Shown: positions 38,170-50,360 of the stretch, piece by piece
How positions within the stretch are numbered: position 1 is the stretch's first letter
Layout of the letters: every line of letters begins with the position of its first letter
Source of the DNA: Octopus bimaculoides
Taxonomy: Eukaryota
DNA: 53,222 nucleotides
Assembly (NCBI RefSeq): GCF_001194135.2
Contig: NC_068982.1
Coordinates: 111,553,874 to 111,607,095 of the forward strand
Reading direction: 5' to 3'
Position numbers and translations under genes: made by a program
The notes under the pieces: model-generated
What the model saw: only the letters and a program-made list of their open reading frames with translations
Databases searched by the model: none
What the model was told of the DNA's origin: nothing

Positions 38170-39243
38170 ATTATATTATATTATACTATATTATATTATA
38201 TCATATTATACTATATTATATACAGTACAACCTACATTTTATTATTACATCAAGTAAATCACAAAAATTTGATCGAAAGCAAACGATCTAAAAGTTATAT
38301 CACATTACGTGTGCCATTGAAAAACATGAGCAGCACAAAGTTCGAGTGTTGCAGGATGCACTAGACTGTCATTTGATGTGCTATAATTAGCAGTCAACTC
38401 TCCCTCAAATACTTTACATTGCGTTAAATATGAACCACATAACAGATAATGCAGTCCTGAACGTACATGAAAACGTGGTAGTCAGTACTGCAGCATCTTT
38501 GATTATAGGCTTGTTCGATTGGGATTCACATGGAGTTAAACAACATTAACTTTGTTTTCTTTTTGGGTGGAAAAATTTATAAAAAGTTAACTAATCAAAG
38601 AAATACAGTAAATACAGAAGAGTGTGACGAAGTTAGGAATATAATCTTCAAATCAGACTTAACAACGAAATCATAAATTCAATATGCTAAATATTAAAGT
38701 TAGGCTTACAACATCAATGTATACTGCTCCCACCCACTTCTGGGACAGTGATTCTAAACCACACCCCCGCAAAACCACTCAACCGATTGGCATGAGGTCG
38801 CTCACCAACACATTCCAAATTCCGCACCACAGATGTTCCGGTTCATCACTTCATATTACGCCATAACTACAGTGATCTCAGTTGGTTAGACACAGGCTAT
38901 TCCTACCAAGGCCGACCAGCTTACTCGTCTATTATCCTGTCGTTCCTCATATTCTGTCTACCTCCAGGCTCCACTGTAACTCCTTTGTCAAATCCCTCCT
39001 TTTCAGAACATTAACATTCTTGAATTACCAACTTAAATTTGCTTAAGAGAGACATTGACTACTATGAGCTCATCGGTCTCGAGTGCATGCAAAGGTCGTA
39101 GAATAGCCCCCTTTTCCAGATTAAAAAAAAAAAAGCAGCTAGTAACTACAAAGTATAATAAGTACTGATAAGTAACTGTTGAATTTTTATAAAATTTGAG
39201 TTTAACAACTAAGATGGAAACGATAAGATGATCGAGTTTGTAA

Positions 39244-40150
39244 TCTTCTACTATATAAATGAGAGTGCATGTATATATGTATGTGTGTATATTACGGAAC
39301 GGTGCGTCCTGGAGGAAAACAGATTTGACTTTTTTCGAAATCTGCGGTCTAACGGGAAGGTATTCGGCAATTAGTAATAAAAGATTTATGATTTGCTACG
39401 AGAAATAACTCGTCTTTTAGATCGTTAAATCGACTTCTCTGTAGCTGCCATATCTGTCTATTTGTCTCTCTCTGTCTTTCACGCTTTTTTCCTCTCTTTC
39501 TCTATATTTGCCAGACCCTCACTCTCACTCTTACCCTGTATATGTATATCTCAAGCATGCTGCTCCCCGCGCTCTCTCGATATGACAAGTAATTGTTTTC
39601 ATTTTGTCGTAGCATGCGAACTTCCAAATCCTGTTTTCTGATTGAGTAAAAGTTATCAAAATTTAGACCTCCGTAACATCTTTTGAAAAATTTTCTGGAA
39701 TAAATGAATCACAAAATCGGATTCAGCGTGAAAATTAGCTGAATATACCAAATTCAAAGATTTTTTACTTAATGTTGAAATTTCAAAATTTGTGACAGTA
39801 ACTGAAAAGATTCCCTCTCTCTATGTCATTCTCTGTCTTTTACACTTTACTCATTGTAAACTTAACCCCTCAATGGGGCATTTCACTATTTCTCTGTGTA
39901 TGTATATCGCTGGCGTTGATTTTATTAATTGTAACAGATGAGATTAAACAAAATATGATTTTGAATTCAGTTCTCAATGAATTATGATGTTACAGTTGAT
40001 CAAGACGTGTTCTAAACAAGACAGGAGAAGTCTCTTCATTAAAGATCATAATGATGTTCAAGAATTTCATTCACAGTTAAATTAAATTATAAATACAAAT
40101 TTTTTACTGTCTAATCAAATTATAAAAATCTAAAAATACTTGATTTTATT
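39244..40150 (+). mobile_element. Probable Helitron-like element, 5' part
   Basis: A|TCTTCTACTATATAAA followed by a TATG/TG tract, resembling the 23625 terminus. Right boundary uncertain. Confidence 0.45.
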
Positions 40151-40156
40151 TATAAA

Positions 40157-40525
40157 CTAGCTGAAACTCGTCGTTGCCGGGTCATTTTTTACAATAGAAT
40201 GCCTTTATTTCAATTATTTTTTAAATTTTAAATTCAAATTACGATAAACGTAAACAAACAAACGAAGTTTGCTTTTAAAAGCGTTGAGATGTCTTAGAAA
40301 GTTAAAGAAGTGATTTTAAATTCTCAAACGCAGGATAATGCTAATAATATATTCTGAACAGGATAAACTACCCCTATTTTGCAGAAAAAAGTGTGAGCGG
40401 CCAGCCATGTGTCTTTTTTCCTGTTGTTTAGAACATATGTCACTGATCTTGATCAACTGTAATATCATACTTCATTGAGAAATGAGTTCAAAATCATGTT
40501 TTGTTTAATCCCATCTATTACAATT
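40157..40525 (-). mobile_element. Helitron-like 3' end
   Basis: Plus strand A-CTAGCTGAAACTCGTCGTTGCCGGG (40156-40181), the same layout as the 27905 terminus. Extent beyond 40525 unknown. Confidence 0.55.
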
Positions 40526-41804
40526 GCTATCCCTTGAACAAAACTGTTTTTTCCTGATAATTAAAATTATAGGTGGTAAAGCAAGACTAAATTTCCATAC
40601 TAAGAGCCTTTACAATCACAGCGTATTTCAACATTGAATATTTATCCTATTCTGTGTGAATCAGTTCATTTAGAGAGGAGTATGGATACCACTTCTCTCT
40701 ATACTGAAATCACAATTGAAAGGAGCATCATTAATCTGTCTTGAAGAACACTATGTTCTGCTTTTGATAAATTAATTGATACTGGCATTTGTCTGGAATT
40801 CATATGCTAAGGCGTATCATTTAGGCTACACTTGTTTAGTTTTCTACCAAGTATTGTTTCTAAAAATATTAGCTTAATGTTGTTAAGTCGAAATCACGAA
40901 GTGGCAGTCATAGGTTGATTGTCAAAATGTATTATTACACCTGTATGAGTTAGTCTGGTTTTCTTTTGTTAACTTGGATAACATGCTGATACTTAGGTTT
41001 GTTATTATAGGAAAATACTTGCTGTTCGAGTTGTTCGAAATCAATAACTGTGAGAGTTGAACAAAATAAAGCATACCTCGCATTCGATGTTAGCATCTAA
41101 TAGTTTAAGAACGCCAAATGTTTTTCAGCAATATGAAATCAGTTAAAAGCCTGTCTGCTCACAATATAGGTTCATAAAAGGAACGGGTCAGTATGTAACT
41201 TCACAATAGGGAATTTTGCTAACACGTCCAAGAGCACTCGATCGAATCGATAAAGCATAGAAACAACAAAAGTTACAACAGGGATATTTTCCAGTTTCTA
41301 ATAAGCCTTTTCTATCTCATAACCCCCTCCCTCAAAAAAACCTAACAAAAAAAAACAAAAAATAAAAAAACAACAAATAAACCAACAACAGGAAGAACTG
41401 CAAAAAATATAAAAATAAAGATGTAAAGACCTGTAGACTTCTGATATCATCCGATATATTGGCAAATATATAAAAAAGTGAATGCAGAATTTTCAATAAT
41501 AATATAAAAACCATTTCTTTTGGCTGTTTTCCAGAACCATTTCGTGGAAAAGTAGAGCTGTCTTGTTTTCTTTTCTGTCTTCTTTTTTTTAATAAAATGT
41601 AATGAATTTTATACAAAGACCCAACGACAAACAAGCAATGTTTACTGATCTTATGACTGATAGCTCCTCAGCAGTTGGTAAAAGAACGCCCATAAAAATA
41701 TATTCTTATATATTACCTTGGTTCGAATTGAAGTCTAAATTTAAATGTTGCAATGTATCTACTATATTTCAACAAAAGCTGATTAGAAGAAGGAAAAAAA
41801 TGCA

Positions 41805-41837
<33 letters not shown>

Positions 41838-41858
41838 CATCATCATTATTATTTAGTC

Positions 41859-42475
41859 GGCGAGCTGGCAAAATCGTTAGCACGCCGGGCAAAATGCTTA
41901 GCAGCATTTCGTTCGTCCTTACATTCTGAGTTCAAATTCCACCAAGATCGACTTTGCTTTTCATCTTTTCGGGGTCGATAAATTAAGTAACAGTTGAGTA
42001 CTAGGGTCGATGTAGTCGACTTACCCTTCCCTCAAATGCAGGCCTTTTGTCAAAATTTGAAATCACAATTATTATTATTATTATTGAAGGTAGCAAGCTG
42101 GCAGAATCATTAACACGCCGGACCAAATGCTTAGCAGAATTTCATCCGTCTTTACATTCTGAATTCAAATTCCGCCGTGTTCGAAAGGATGAAAGACAAA
42201 GTATTCGATAGAATAAATGCCAATGGAGCACTGGAGTTGAAATAATCGACTAACTCTCTACTCTGAAATTTTAGGTCTTGTGCCTATAGAAGAAAGGTTT
42301 ATTAAATAATATATATGTCACTGAACAGTCAGAATCGTTAGCACGCCGGACAAAATGCTTAGCGGCATTTCTTCCGGTTCTTTACGTTCAGAGTCCGAAT
42401 ACCGCTGAGGTTAACTTTACCTTTTGTCGACGTTGGCGGAATTTGAACTCAGAGCATAAAGTCAAACGAAATGCT
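41859..42475 (+). mobile_element. Cluster of SINE family B copies (41859-42065, about 42085-42300, about 42325-42420, plus an inverted fragment to about 42475)
   Basis: Same head and central block as the 13 kb cluster. Confidence 0.85.
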
Positions 42476-43095
42476 GAAAGATCGAAAAATATTCGTGGAA
42501 ACTGCTTTCAAACACAAACGAACAAGTAAAGGATTCTGTTTGAAATTAATTGACTAAACCGATTCAATATATATATATAAGTTGTAGAAAAGTTTTTCTC
42601 TACCATATTGGGTTTTAGACCGCCAAACCAGTGAAAAATTGTATGTTTCCATCCCTTTAAAGGAAACTGTTTTCCTTGTATTGGAGAGAAAACTTTTCTA
42701 CAACTTAAGTGGATATATATTCAATATTCAAAAATGAAAAGAAAATAGAGATTTACGATTGACATATTTTAATTTATCAACATAATATTATATTATTATT
42801 ATTATAATATAATATAACATGATATAATATAAATACAAATATTATAATCTTACAAATATTTGACAAAAATTAGCAAGAAATTATATATGAGGATCCTAGA
42901 ACAGACTGGTGAGATTCTTACCCATAAACATGAATTTTTTATAAATTCATTATTGGGTCTGAAGCGAAACAATTTGTTGGATTATAATATTTGTATTTAT
43001 ATTATATTATATTATATTATATAATATGTAGTATTATATTTCTAAATTAAAATATGTCAATCGTAAATCTCCATTTTCTGTTCATTTATATATAG

Positions 43096-43452
43096 TCTTT
43101 TATTTGTTTCAGTCATTTGACTGCAGCTACGCAGGACTTATTCTTTGTCGGCCTAGTACTTATTCTATCGTTCTCTTTTGCTGAACCGCTTGAGGTTACG
43201 GGGGCGTCAACACACCAACATCCGTTGTCAAGCGATGATGGAGGCACAAACACAGACACACAAACAAACAGACACACACACACATATACGACGGGCTTTT
43301 TTCAGTTTCCGTCTATCAAATCCACTCACAAGGCTTTGGTCGGCCCGAGGCTATAGCAGAAGACACTTGCCCAAGGTGCCACGCAGTGGGACTAAAGCCG
43401 GAACCGTGTGGTTGGTAAGCAAGCTACTTGCCACAAAACCACTCCTGCACCT
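43096..43452 (-). mobile_element. SINE family A copy
   Basis: Same modules with a deletion in the tail part. Confidence 0.88.
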
Positions 43453-43460
43453 AAGAAGGA

Positions 43461-43690
43461 AAATATTCTTTATGTGGCATGTCTCGTTTCTCTGTTTGTT
43501 TTTTTCGTTGTTCGAAAAAAAGTTCGTTTTCTGCCTTCGTCTTTACGTTTTCGTTTCTCATTGTGTTTAACGTTTTTTTGTGATGTCCTGTACCCATATA
43601 TGCATGTATGTATACATATAGATGTAGGTATGTACATATATGTATGGATATATGCATGTATTTATATATTATTTATGTTATTTCATATAT
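43461..43690 (+). mobile_element. Family D fragment, inverted relative to 44245-44475
   Basis: Reverse-complement match over about 220 bp. Confidence 0.75.
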
Positions 43691-43824
43691 ANNNNNNNNN
43701 NNNNNNNNNNNNNNNNNNNNNNNNNNNNNNNNNNNNNNNNNNNNNNNNNNNNNNNNNNNNNNNNNNNNNNNNNNNNNNNNNNNNNNNNNNNNNNNNTATA
43801 TATATATATATATGTATATATATA

Positions 43825-44236
43825 CTCTTACTCTTTTACTCTTTTACTTGTTTCAGTCATTTGACTGCCGCCATGCTGGAGCACCGCCTTTAGTCGAGCA
43901 AATCGACCCCAGGACTTATTCTTTGGAAGTCTAGTACTTATTCTATCGGTCTCTTTTGCCGAACCGTTAAGTTACGGGGACGCAAACACACCAGCATCGG
44001 TTGTCAAGCGATGTTGGGTGGACAAACACAGACACACAAACATATACACACACATACATATACATATATATACGACGGGCTTCTTTCAGTTTCCGTCTAC
44101 CAAATCCACTCATAAGGCTTTGGTCGGTCCGAGGCTATAGCAGAAGACACTTGCCCAAGGTGCCACGCAGTGGGACTGAACCCAGAATCATGCGGCCGGC
44201 AAGCAAGTCCCCCACTACATAGCCACTCCCGCGCCT
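43825..44236 (-). mobile_element. SINE family A copy
   Basis: Near full-length match to 37749-38169. Confidence 0.9.
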
Positions 44237-44246
44237 GTTTATATTT

Positions 44247-45016
44247 ATATAATAATATAAATAATATATAAATATATGCATATACCCATACATATATGTG
44301 CATACCTACATCTATATGTATACATTCATGCATATATAGGTACAGGACATCAAAAAACGTTAAACACAATGAGAAACGAAAACATAAGAAAACGAAAACA
44401 TACAAAACGAACTTTTTTCGAACAACGAAAAAAACAGAGAAACGAGACATACATGCAACATAAAGAGTATATCCCTTCGTTACTTTTTTCCCTGTTTCAT
44501 CTACACGGCATTTCGAAGGCAAGGACAATACGCGACTTCGTTTAAACAGTCCTTCCTGCAAAGCAAATTAAATAGAATTTGGGATTTTTTGCGGAGGGTG
44601 AAAGTGTTAACAAGAACAGGACAGTGAGAACAAGACAGTAAAAACAAACAGTGAGGGCTGTTGAGCCAACAAGATAGAAAAATTATTATGAACGCTAGGT
44701 AGACGAGCCATGAAGAGACAGGGAAGGCACGTCTTTTCTTTAGAAAGGAAGTGGACAGAAAGAACGATCCCCTTTCGTCACGTGTCAGCCACGAGAGAGT
44801 CAAGGAGGAAGAATGAGAGAGAGAGGGAACGGTGAAAGTGAGAGAAGAACAGAAAGGGTGAAGAACAAGAAAGGGAGAGAGATAGACAGAGAAGAGATAG
44901 TAGAAGAGGGTGCATCGTAATTATTAAGATAAAACTTACTTGGAAAAGGATGCGTGGCGTTCGATCATATAATAATATAAATAATATATAAATATATGCA
45001 TATATCCATACATATG
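44247..45016 (-). mobile_element. Non-coding repeat family D, 720-bp unit with about 50-bp terminal direct repeat
   Basis: ATATAATAATATAAATAATATATAAATATATGCATATA occurs at 44247 and 44967. The body is collinear with 8925-9660. Confidence 0.75.
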
Positions 45017-45231
45017 CATATATATATGTGTTCGGACAGAACTTATGGGATGACCTGATATATCTATCTACGTATAATTCAAATGAGTGGTAGGGATTAG
45101 TGAGAGAAAGAAAGGAAGAGAAATTAGGAAAGAGTGGTTTTGGTGGTGGAAAGAGAGGATAAAAATGGGAATGAAGGGGAAGATTTTTGACCTGTTTAAA
45201 GGAGGAATACTTTTTTGCTGAATAACAGTTT

Positions 45232-45622
45232 GTTGTTGTTGTTGGCACTCCGTCGCTTACGACGTCGAGGGTTCCAGTTGATCCGATCAACGGAACAGCC
45301 TGCTCGTGAAATTAACGAGCAAGTGGCTGAGCACTCCACAGACACGTGTACCCTTAACGTAGTTCTCGGGGTAGATTCAGCGTGACACAGTGTGACAAGC
45401 CTGACCCTTTGAATTACAGGCACAACAGAAACAGGAAGTAAGAGTGAGAGAAAGTTGTGGTGGAAGAGTACAGCAGGGTTCGTCACCATCCCCTGCCGGA
45501 GCCACGTGAAGCTTTAGGTGATTTCGTTCAATAAACACTCACAATGCCCGGTCTAGGAATCGAAATCGCGATCGTATGACCGCGAGTCTGCTGCCCTAAC
45601 CACTGGGCCACTGCGCCTCCAC
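45232..45622 (-). mobile_element. tRNA-derived SINE family C2 (possibly octopus OR1 type) with target-site duplication
   Basis: Head GTGGAGGCGCAGTGGCCCAGTGGTTAGGG...TTCGATTCC, a different centre from C1, the same 3' half, and a (CAA)n tail. GAATAACAGTTT flanks both sides (45220-45231 and 45623-45634). Confidence 0.88.
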
Positions 45623-46107
45623 GAATAACAGTTTATAACACATAGAATCTACAGAGATTAGTGGTTGTCTGTGTAGGTGAACACTTCATTTAGCGATAAG
45701 GTTTCATGTTTCTCGTAGGGAGAGGAATTTCAGACGTTTCAGACACAGTTCTGGTTTATGGATAAAAAAGCGGCAAGTTTTTCTTCACCTTTGATCTTTG
45801 AGTGTTGGGACATGAAGTAGCACAGAGTTAGTAGTTGTGTAAAGATCTGAAGAAAGATAACTTTGTGGCTGTTGCAGTCAAACAATTTGAAAAATCATCT
45901 GAGTCGTTTCAGAAATAAAACAGCACCTTTATTGTATATCCATTTACAATTCATTTCCCAAATAAAAGGCATCAAATATATTTCAATAAGCAAGATCTGA
46001 TGAAGTTAACTTTGGTAGAGTTTCAGAGTACTCCAGCGAGGCACTAAAACGTAGCCGATACCAAGAAAGAATGAAGTACTTACCAGCAGCATATCTTTCT
46101 CGTCCTC

Positions 46108-46141
<34 letters not shown>

Positions 46142-47202
46142 NNNNNNNNNNNNNNNNNNNNNNNNNNNNNNNNNNNNNNNNNNNNNNNNNNNNNNNNNNN
46201 NNNNNNNNNNNNNNNNNNNNNNNNNNNNNNNNNNNNNNNNNNNNNNNNNNNNNNNNNNNNNNNNNNNNNNNNNNNNNNNNNNNNNNNNNNNNNNNNNNNN
46301 NNNNNNNNNNNNNNNNNNNNNNNNNNNNNNNNNNNNNNNNNNNNNNNNNNNNNNNNNNNNNNNNNNNNNNNNNNNNNNNNNNNNNNNNNNNNNNNNNNNN
46401 NNNNNNNNNNNNNNNNNNNNNNNNNNNNNNNNNNNNNNNNNNNATATATATAACTCAAGACTATGGTTAAAGGTATTACTTAAAGTGCGGCGTAGTGTGA
46501 TCGAATTTGGAACCATGTTGTTGCACGTCATAACCCTCACAGCTATAACTTAGCTAAATAAATTATTCAAAAATTGCGCTTTCGTTGTTAAACAGTGTAG
46601 AGTTCGTAATTTAATAAAAAAAATTACATTTTGGTCCGACAACAATGATATGGTGATAATATGAAGGAAAGTATTGGCAATAACATAAGTGAAGGGAGGC
46701 TCTAAATAGTATTTAATAACTTCAAAACTTGGCAATGATATTTCATTTGTGTATTATCACACCTTAAAGATTTCAGTTTTAAGACAGATTATATTTTATG
46801 GCAAAATACGGATAAATATTGATTCAACATTCATTTGAATAATTTCGAAAGAAATTGAATAAATGTTCATGTGAATCTGTAAAACATTACAAGTATAATG
46901 TATTTAGAGACCCACAGTGGCAGATAAAGAGAAAATAGATTAAAACAAGATCTGGGTATAATTATTTTATATACCCACCTCGCCAATATAAAGTATTTAT
47001 AATAAAGAGGAAATTTCCTAATGTCAGCACACTTGAATGAAATGATAATAGGGTGTTTAATAGTGCTGTAATCTCCAACAAATGATCTTCACAATTTAGT
47101 TTCAGTCCCTAATTTCACTATATTTCAATACCTGATTTACCATTCTTACTGTTTTAAATTTATCAAGGCAAGCAATGACATGCATGTGTGATTCTATCTT
47201 TA

Positions 47203-47600
47203 ATTCTTTTACATGTTTCAGCCATTAGATTGTGGCCATGATGAGACACTGCTGTGAAGAATTTTAATCAAACGAATTGACCTCGGTATTTTTATTTATT
47301 TTTTAAGCCTAGTACTTTATCATTTCTTTTGCTGAACCGCTAGTTTACAGGGACGTAAACACACCAACATTGGTTGTCAAGCAGTGGTGTGAGACAAATA
47401 CGGACAGATAGACCTACACACACACACATACACACATACAGACACACACAAGACGGGATTCTGTTAGTTTCTGTCTATCATATCCACGCACAACGCTTTG
47501 GCCGACCCGAGGCTATAGTAGAAGTCACTTGCCAAGGTTCCACGCAGTGAGACTGAACTCGGAACAATGTGGCTGGGAAATAAGCTTATCACAGTTACGC
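47203..47600 (-). mobile_element. SINE family A copy, diverged
   Basis: Recognisable tail, central block and head. Confidence 0.8.
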
Positions 47601-47844
47601 TTACAAGTTCAAATGTTATTCAAGGATTTCAAAGAAGAGTAAAAAAATAGCTACAAATAGAGTCCATTTATTTGTAAAGCCATCTATACCCGTACCACAC
47701 CAATAAATGTTTAATTTTGTGTTTTGTTTATCGACTCGTTCTTTAATACTTCTGCCAGTTTTGGCAAAGCTTGCAATTCAACAAGAAAGGAAGCATATTT
47801 AGAATTGGTTTCCTATATTCGTTGTTAAGTAAAACATATTTCGC

Positions 47845-48085
47845 TAGCTGGCAGAAATCATTAGCAATGTTGTACGAGATACTCAGTGGTATTCCTATAC
47901 GTTTGGAGTTCAAATTTCGTCGATGTTAACTTTGCCTTTCATTATTTCGGGTCGATAAAATATAGTACCGGCCAAATACAAGAGTATATTCATTTTAAAT
48001 ATTTCACTCGAACATTCGTACCCTCGAAAACAGTAATCAATAACCCCTTCCACTAAAAATTGATGGCTTTGTGTCAAAATTTGAA
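47845..48085 (+). mobile_element. SINE family B copy carrying a 65-bp foreign segment
   Basis: Head and centre 47845-47975 and tail 48044-48085. The segment between them matches 48700-48765. Confidence 0.7.
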
Positions 48086-48903
48086 ATAAAAAAATATTAT
48101 TGGGCTAGCGAGGGTAACGTTTCTCAGTTCAGGGTAGACCTGTTGCGAGGAGGGGATTCTGAGGATTGAGAAGGAAGCAGACAAATTGCTTCGTTTAATA
48201 AAATTAAGATGGTTTTTAAAGTTTTTAAACGTGTTCAACATCTTGGTGAAGAAAAAATTAAATGGAAGCAAACTCTAGTTTATTTTCTCGTTCATAAAGA
48301 GAGAGAGATAGAGAAAGAGGGAAAAGAGTGGTAGACAAAAATAATGTTATTTTTTGGCGTGACTGGTATATATCACTTTGTGAACCACTAAAGAAAGGAA
48401 CGTCTACGGGGCTGTTCAACCTGCTAAAATAGCCTTGCAAATGTATGCATAACTACCAATCCCTTCTGACTAATACACACACATCAATCAGAGGCCATCG
48501 ATCAGCCTAAATGGATTACCGCACTCTACTTTTGTGTTGCTTACTTCCCCTGATCGTTAAGCAATAATGGATTATTGCCCTACTAAATGAGAAGGAAACA
48601 TTCTGCAAGCATTTGAACGTAGAACGCCCAGGTATCCAATGATTTTGATAATTGTTTCCATCTTCCGACAAAAAATATACCTTCATTATAAAACATCGTT
48701 ACAAGAGTATATTTATTTTCAATGTTCCACTCGAACTTGCGTACCCTCGAAAACAGTAATAATAAATATTTAATTAATACACATACATATGTGTGTGTGT
48801 ATATGAACAAGTACAGAATAACTATAAATGATACATTTGTAGTTAATGTTAATCTAATTGAATCAAATGACGAGGTAGAGCAATATTTGAGACAAGCGAA
48901 ATT

Positions 48904-49689
48904 ATGAACTATTACAGAATACTGAAAAAATTAGGGTCCGGTACATTTGGAAATGTATTTCTCGTTGTTAACGTTTGGACGAAAAAGCAATACGCTTTAA
49001 AAGAAATTGGAAGTGTTCGAAATGAAAAACAACTAGCATCTGCAATGAAAGAAATATCAGTTCTAAAGGAATTAAATCATCCTTTTATTATCAAGTTCTA
49101 TGATTATTTTCATAAAAACGGATGTTTATCCATAGTTCTTGAATACTGCAGTTTTGGTGATTTGAGCAAAGTCATACAGTATTTTCGTTTCAGCTCATGT
49201 TCGCAATGGAAGATATATAATCTTATTTCTCAGGTAGTTCTCGGTTTGCGATATATGCACAGTCGAAATATTATTCATCGGGATCTGAAGCCTCAAAACA
49301 TATTAGTAAGCACAAATTTCAGTGTTAAAATCTCGGATTTTGGCCTCGCTCGGAAATTATTAACGCGTTTTGCACACACGCGTGCCGGGACAGTATTATA
49401 TATGTCACCCGAGGTGTTCAGCGGTAAACCATATGATTTCACAACGGACATTTGGTCTTTCGGCGTGGTAGTGTACGAAGTGATTACACAACGTAGGCCT
49501 TTTAATGAAGTTTCACAAATATTGAAAGGTGCATACGATCCAATTGACAAACGAATCGCACGAGACCTGCGTTATATTGTTTTTTGGTCACTTCACCTGG
49601 ACCCAAAGAAACGGATGACTTTAACTACTATTCTCCGCTGTACTTCTATATCTACTTTTATTCACAAGCATTATCCACATTATATTTAA
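48904..49689 (+). CDS. NIMA-related (NEK-like) Ser/Thr protein kinase, 261 aa, single exon, catalytic domain only
   Basis: Uninterrupted ORF with all kinase motifs: GSGTFG loop, YALK lysine, alphaC Glu (MKE), HRDLKPQN, DFG, GTVLYMSPE, DIWSFG, DPKKR. The start MNYYRILKKLG matches the NEK M-x-x-Y start. An in-frame TGA at 48868-48870 limits upstream extension. AATAAA at 49969-49974. NEK subfamily cannot be assigned by eye. Confidence 0.93.
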   Translation: MNYYRILKKLGSGTFGNVFLVVNVWTKKQYALKEIGSVRNEKQLASAMKEISVLKELNHPFIIKFYDYFHKNGCLSIVLEYCSFGDLSKVIQYFRFSSCSQWKIYNLISQVVLGLRYMHSRNIIHRDLKPQNILVSTNFSVKISDFGLARKLLTRFAHTRAGTVLYMSPEVFSGKPYDFTTDIWSFGVVVYEVITQRRPFNEVSQILKGAYDPIDKRIARDLRYIVFWSLHLDPKKRMTLTTILRCTSISTFIHKHYPHYI

Positions 49690-50020
49690 TTCAGAAAATT
49701 CACATGAGCTGTTCAGTCATAAGTAAACAAATTGGATAAATTGTATTTGTTAAAAACATTTCATCAAAATCTTTGTTTTTTTTTTTTTTATCCTCTTCTG
49801 AAAGTACATAATGTTATGTATTTTTTTTAAACGAATATTTAAAAATTTAAATCTTTTTTACATATTTTTTTTCTATTTTCGTAATTCCGTTGTTCTTGGT
49901 TTATAGTTGTTGATTATACACGGCTATAATTGTACCTGTTTTTTTAAATATTTTACCAAGCTCTATTTAATAAACTCGGTATTTTGAAACTCCAAATAAT
50001 TCCTCAAAGTGCAAGTACCT

Positions 50021-50360
50021 TTTGTCTTGTTTCATTCACTAGATTTCGGCGTACAGGAAGCACCGCCTTGAAGAGTTTAGTCGACCAAATTAACACCATT
50101 ACTATTTTTTCTTTTAAAGCCTGGTCCTTCTCTTTTTACCGAACTGCTTAGTTACAGGGGCGTAAATAAACAATACGGTCAAGCGGTGATTGTAGGACCT
50201 GTATATACAGCGGGCTTCTTTCAGTTTCTGCCTACCAAATCCACTCAAAAGGATTCGGTCAGTTTGGGGATATAGTAGACTTGCCCTAAGTGCCGCGCAG
50301 TGGAACTGAACCTGAAACGGCGTGGTCTCAAAGCGAGCTTCTGAACCACTCAGCCATGCA
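50021..50360 (-). mobile_element. SINE family A copy, diverged
   Basis: Recognisable tail, Meta-like block and head. Confidence 0.75.

Noticed and set aside
38700-39010. GC-richer block as a LINE remnant (likewise 2560-2670 and 17340-17640)
   Set aside because: Only faint peptide hints, insufficient for a call.
873-46553. Dozens of supplied ORFs rich in CV, HT, YI, LS, ER or X
   Set aside because: They are translations of microsatellites and N gaps, not genes.
48722-48907. 61-aa ORF overlapping the kinase start (ATGA) as a coupled gene
   Set aside because: It includes microsatellite-derived sequence and has no recognisable motif. It is most likely a chance uORF.
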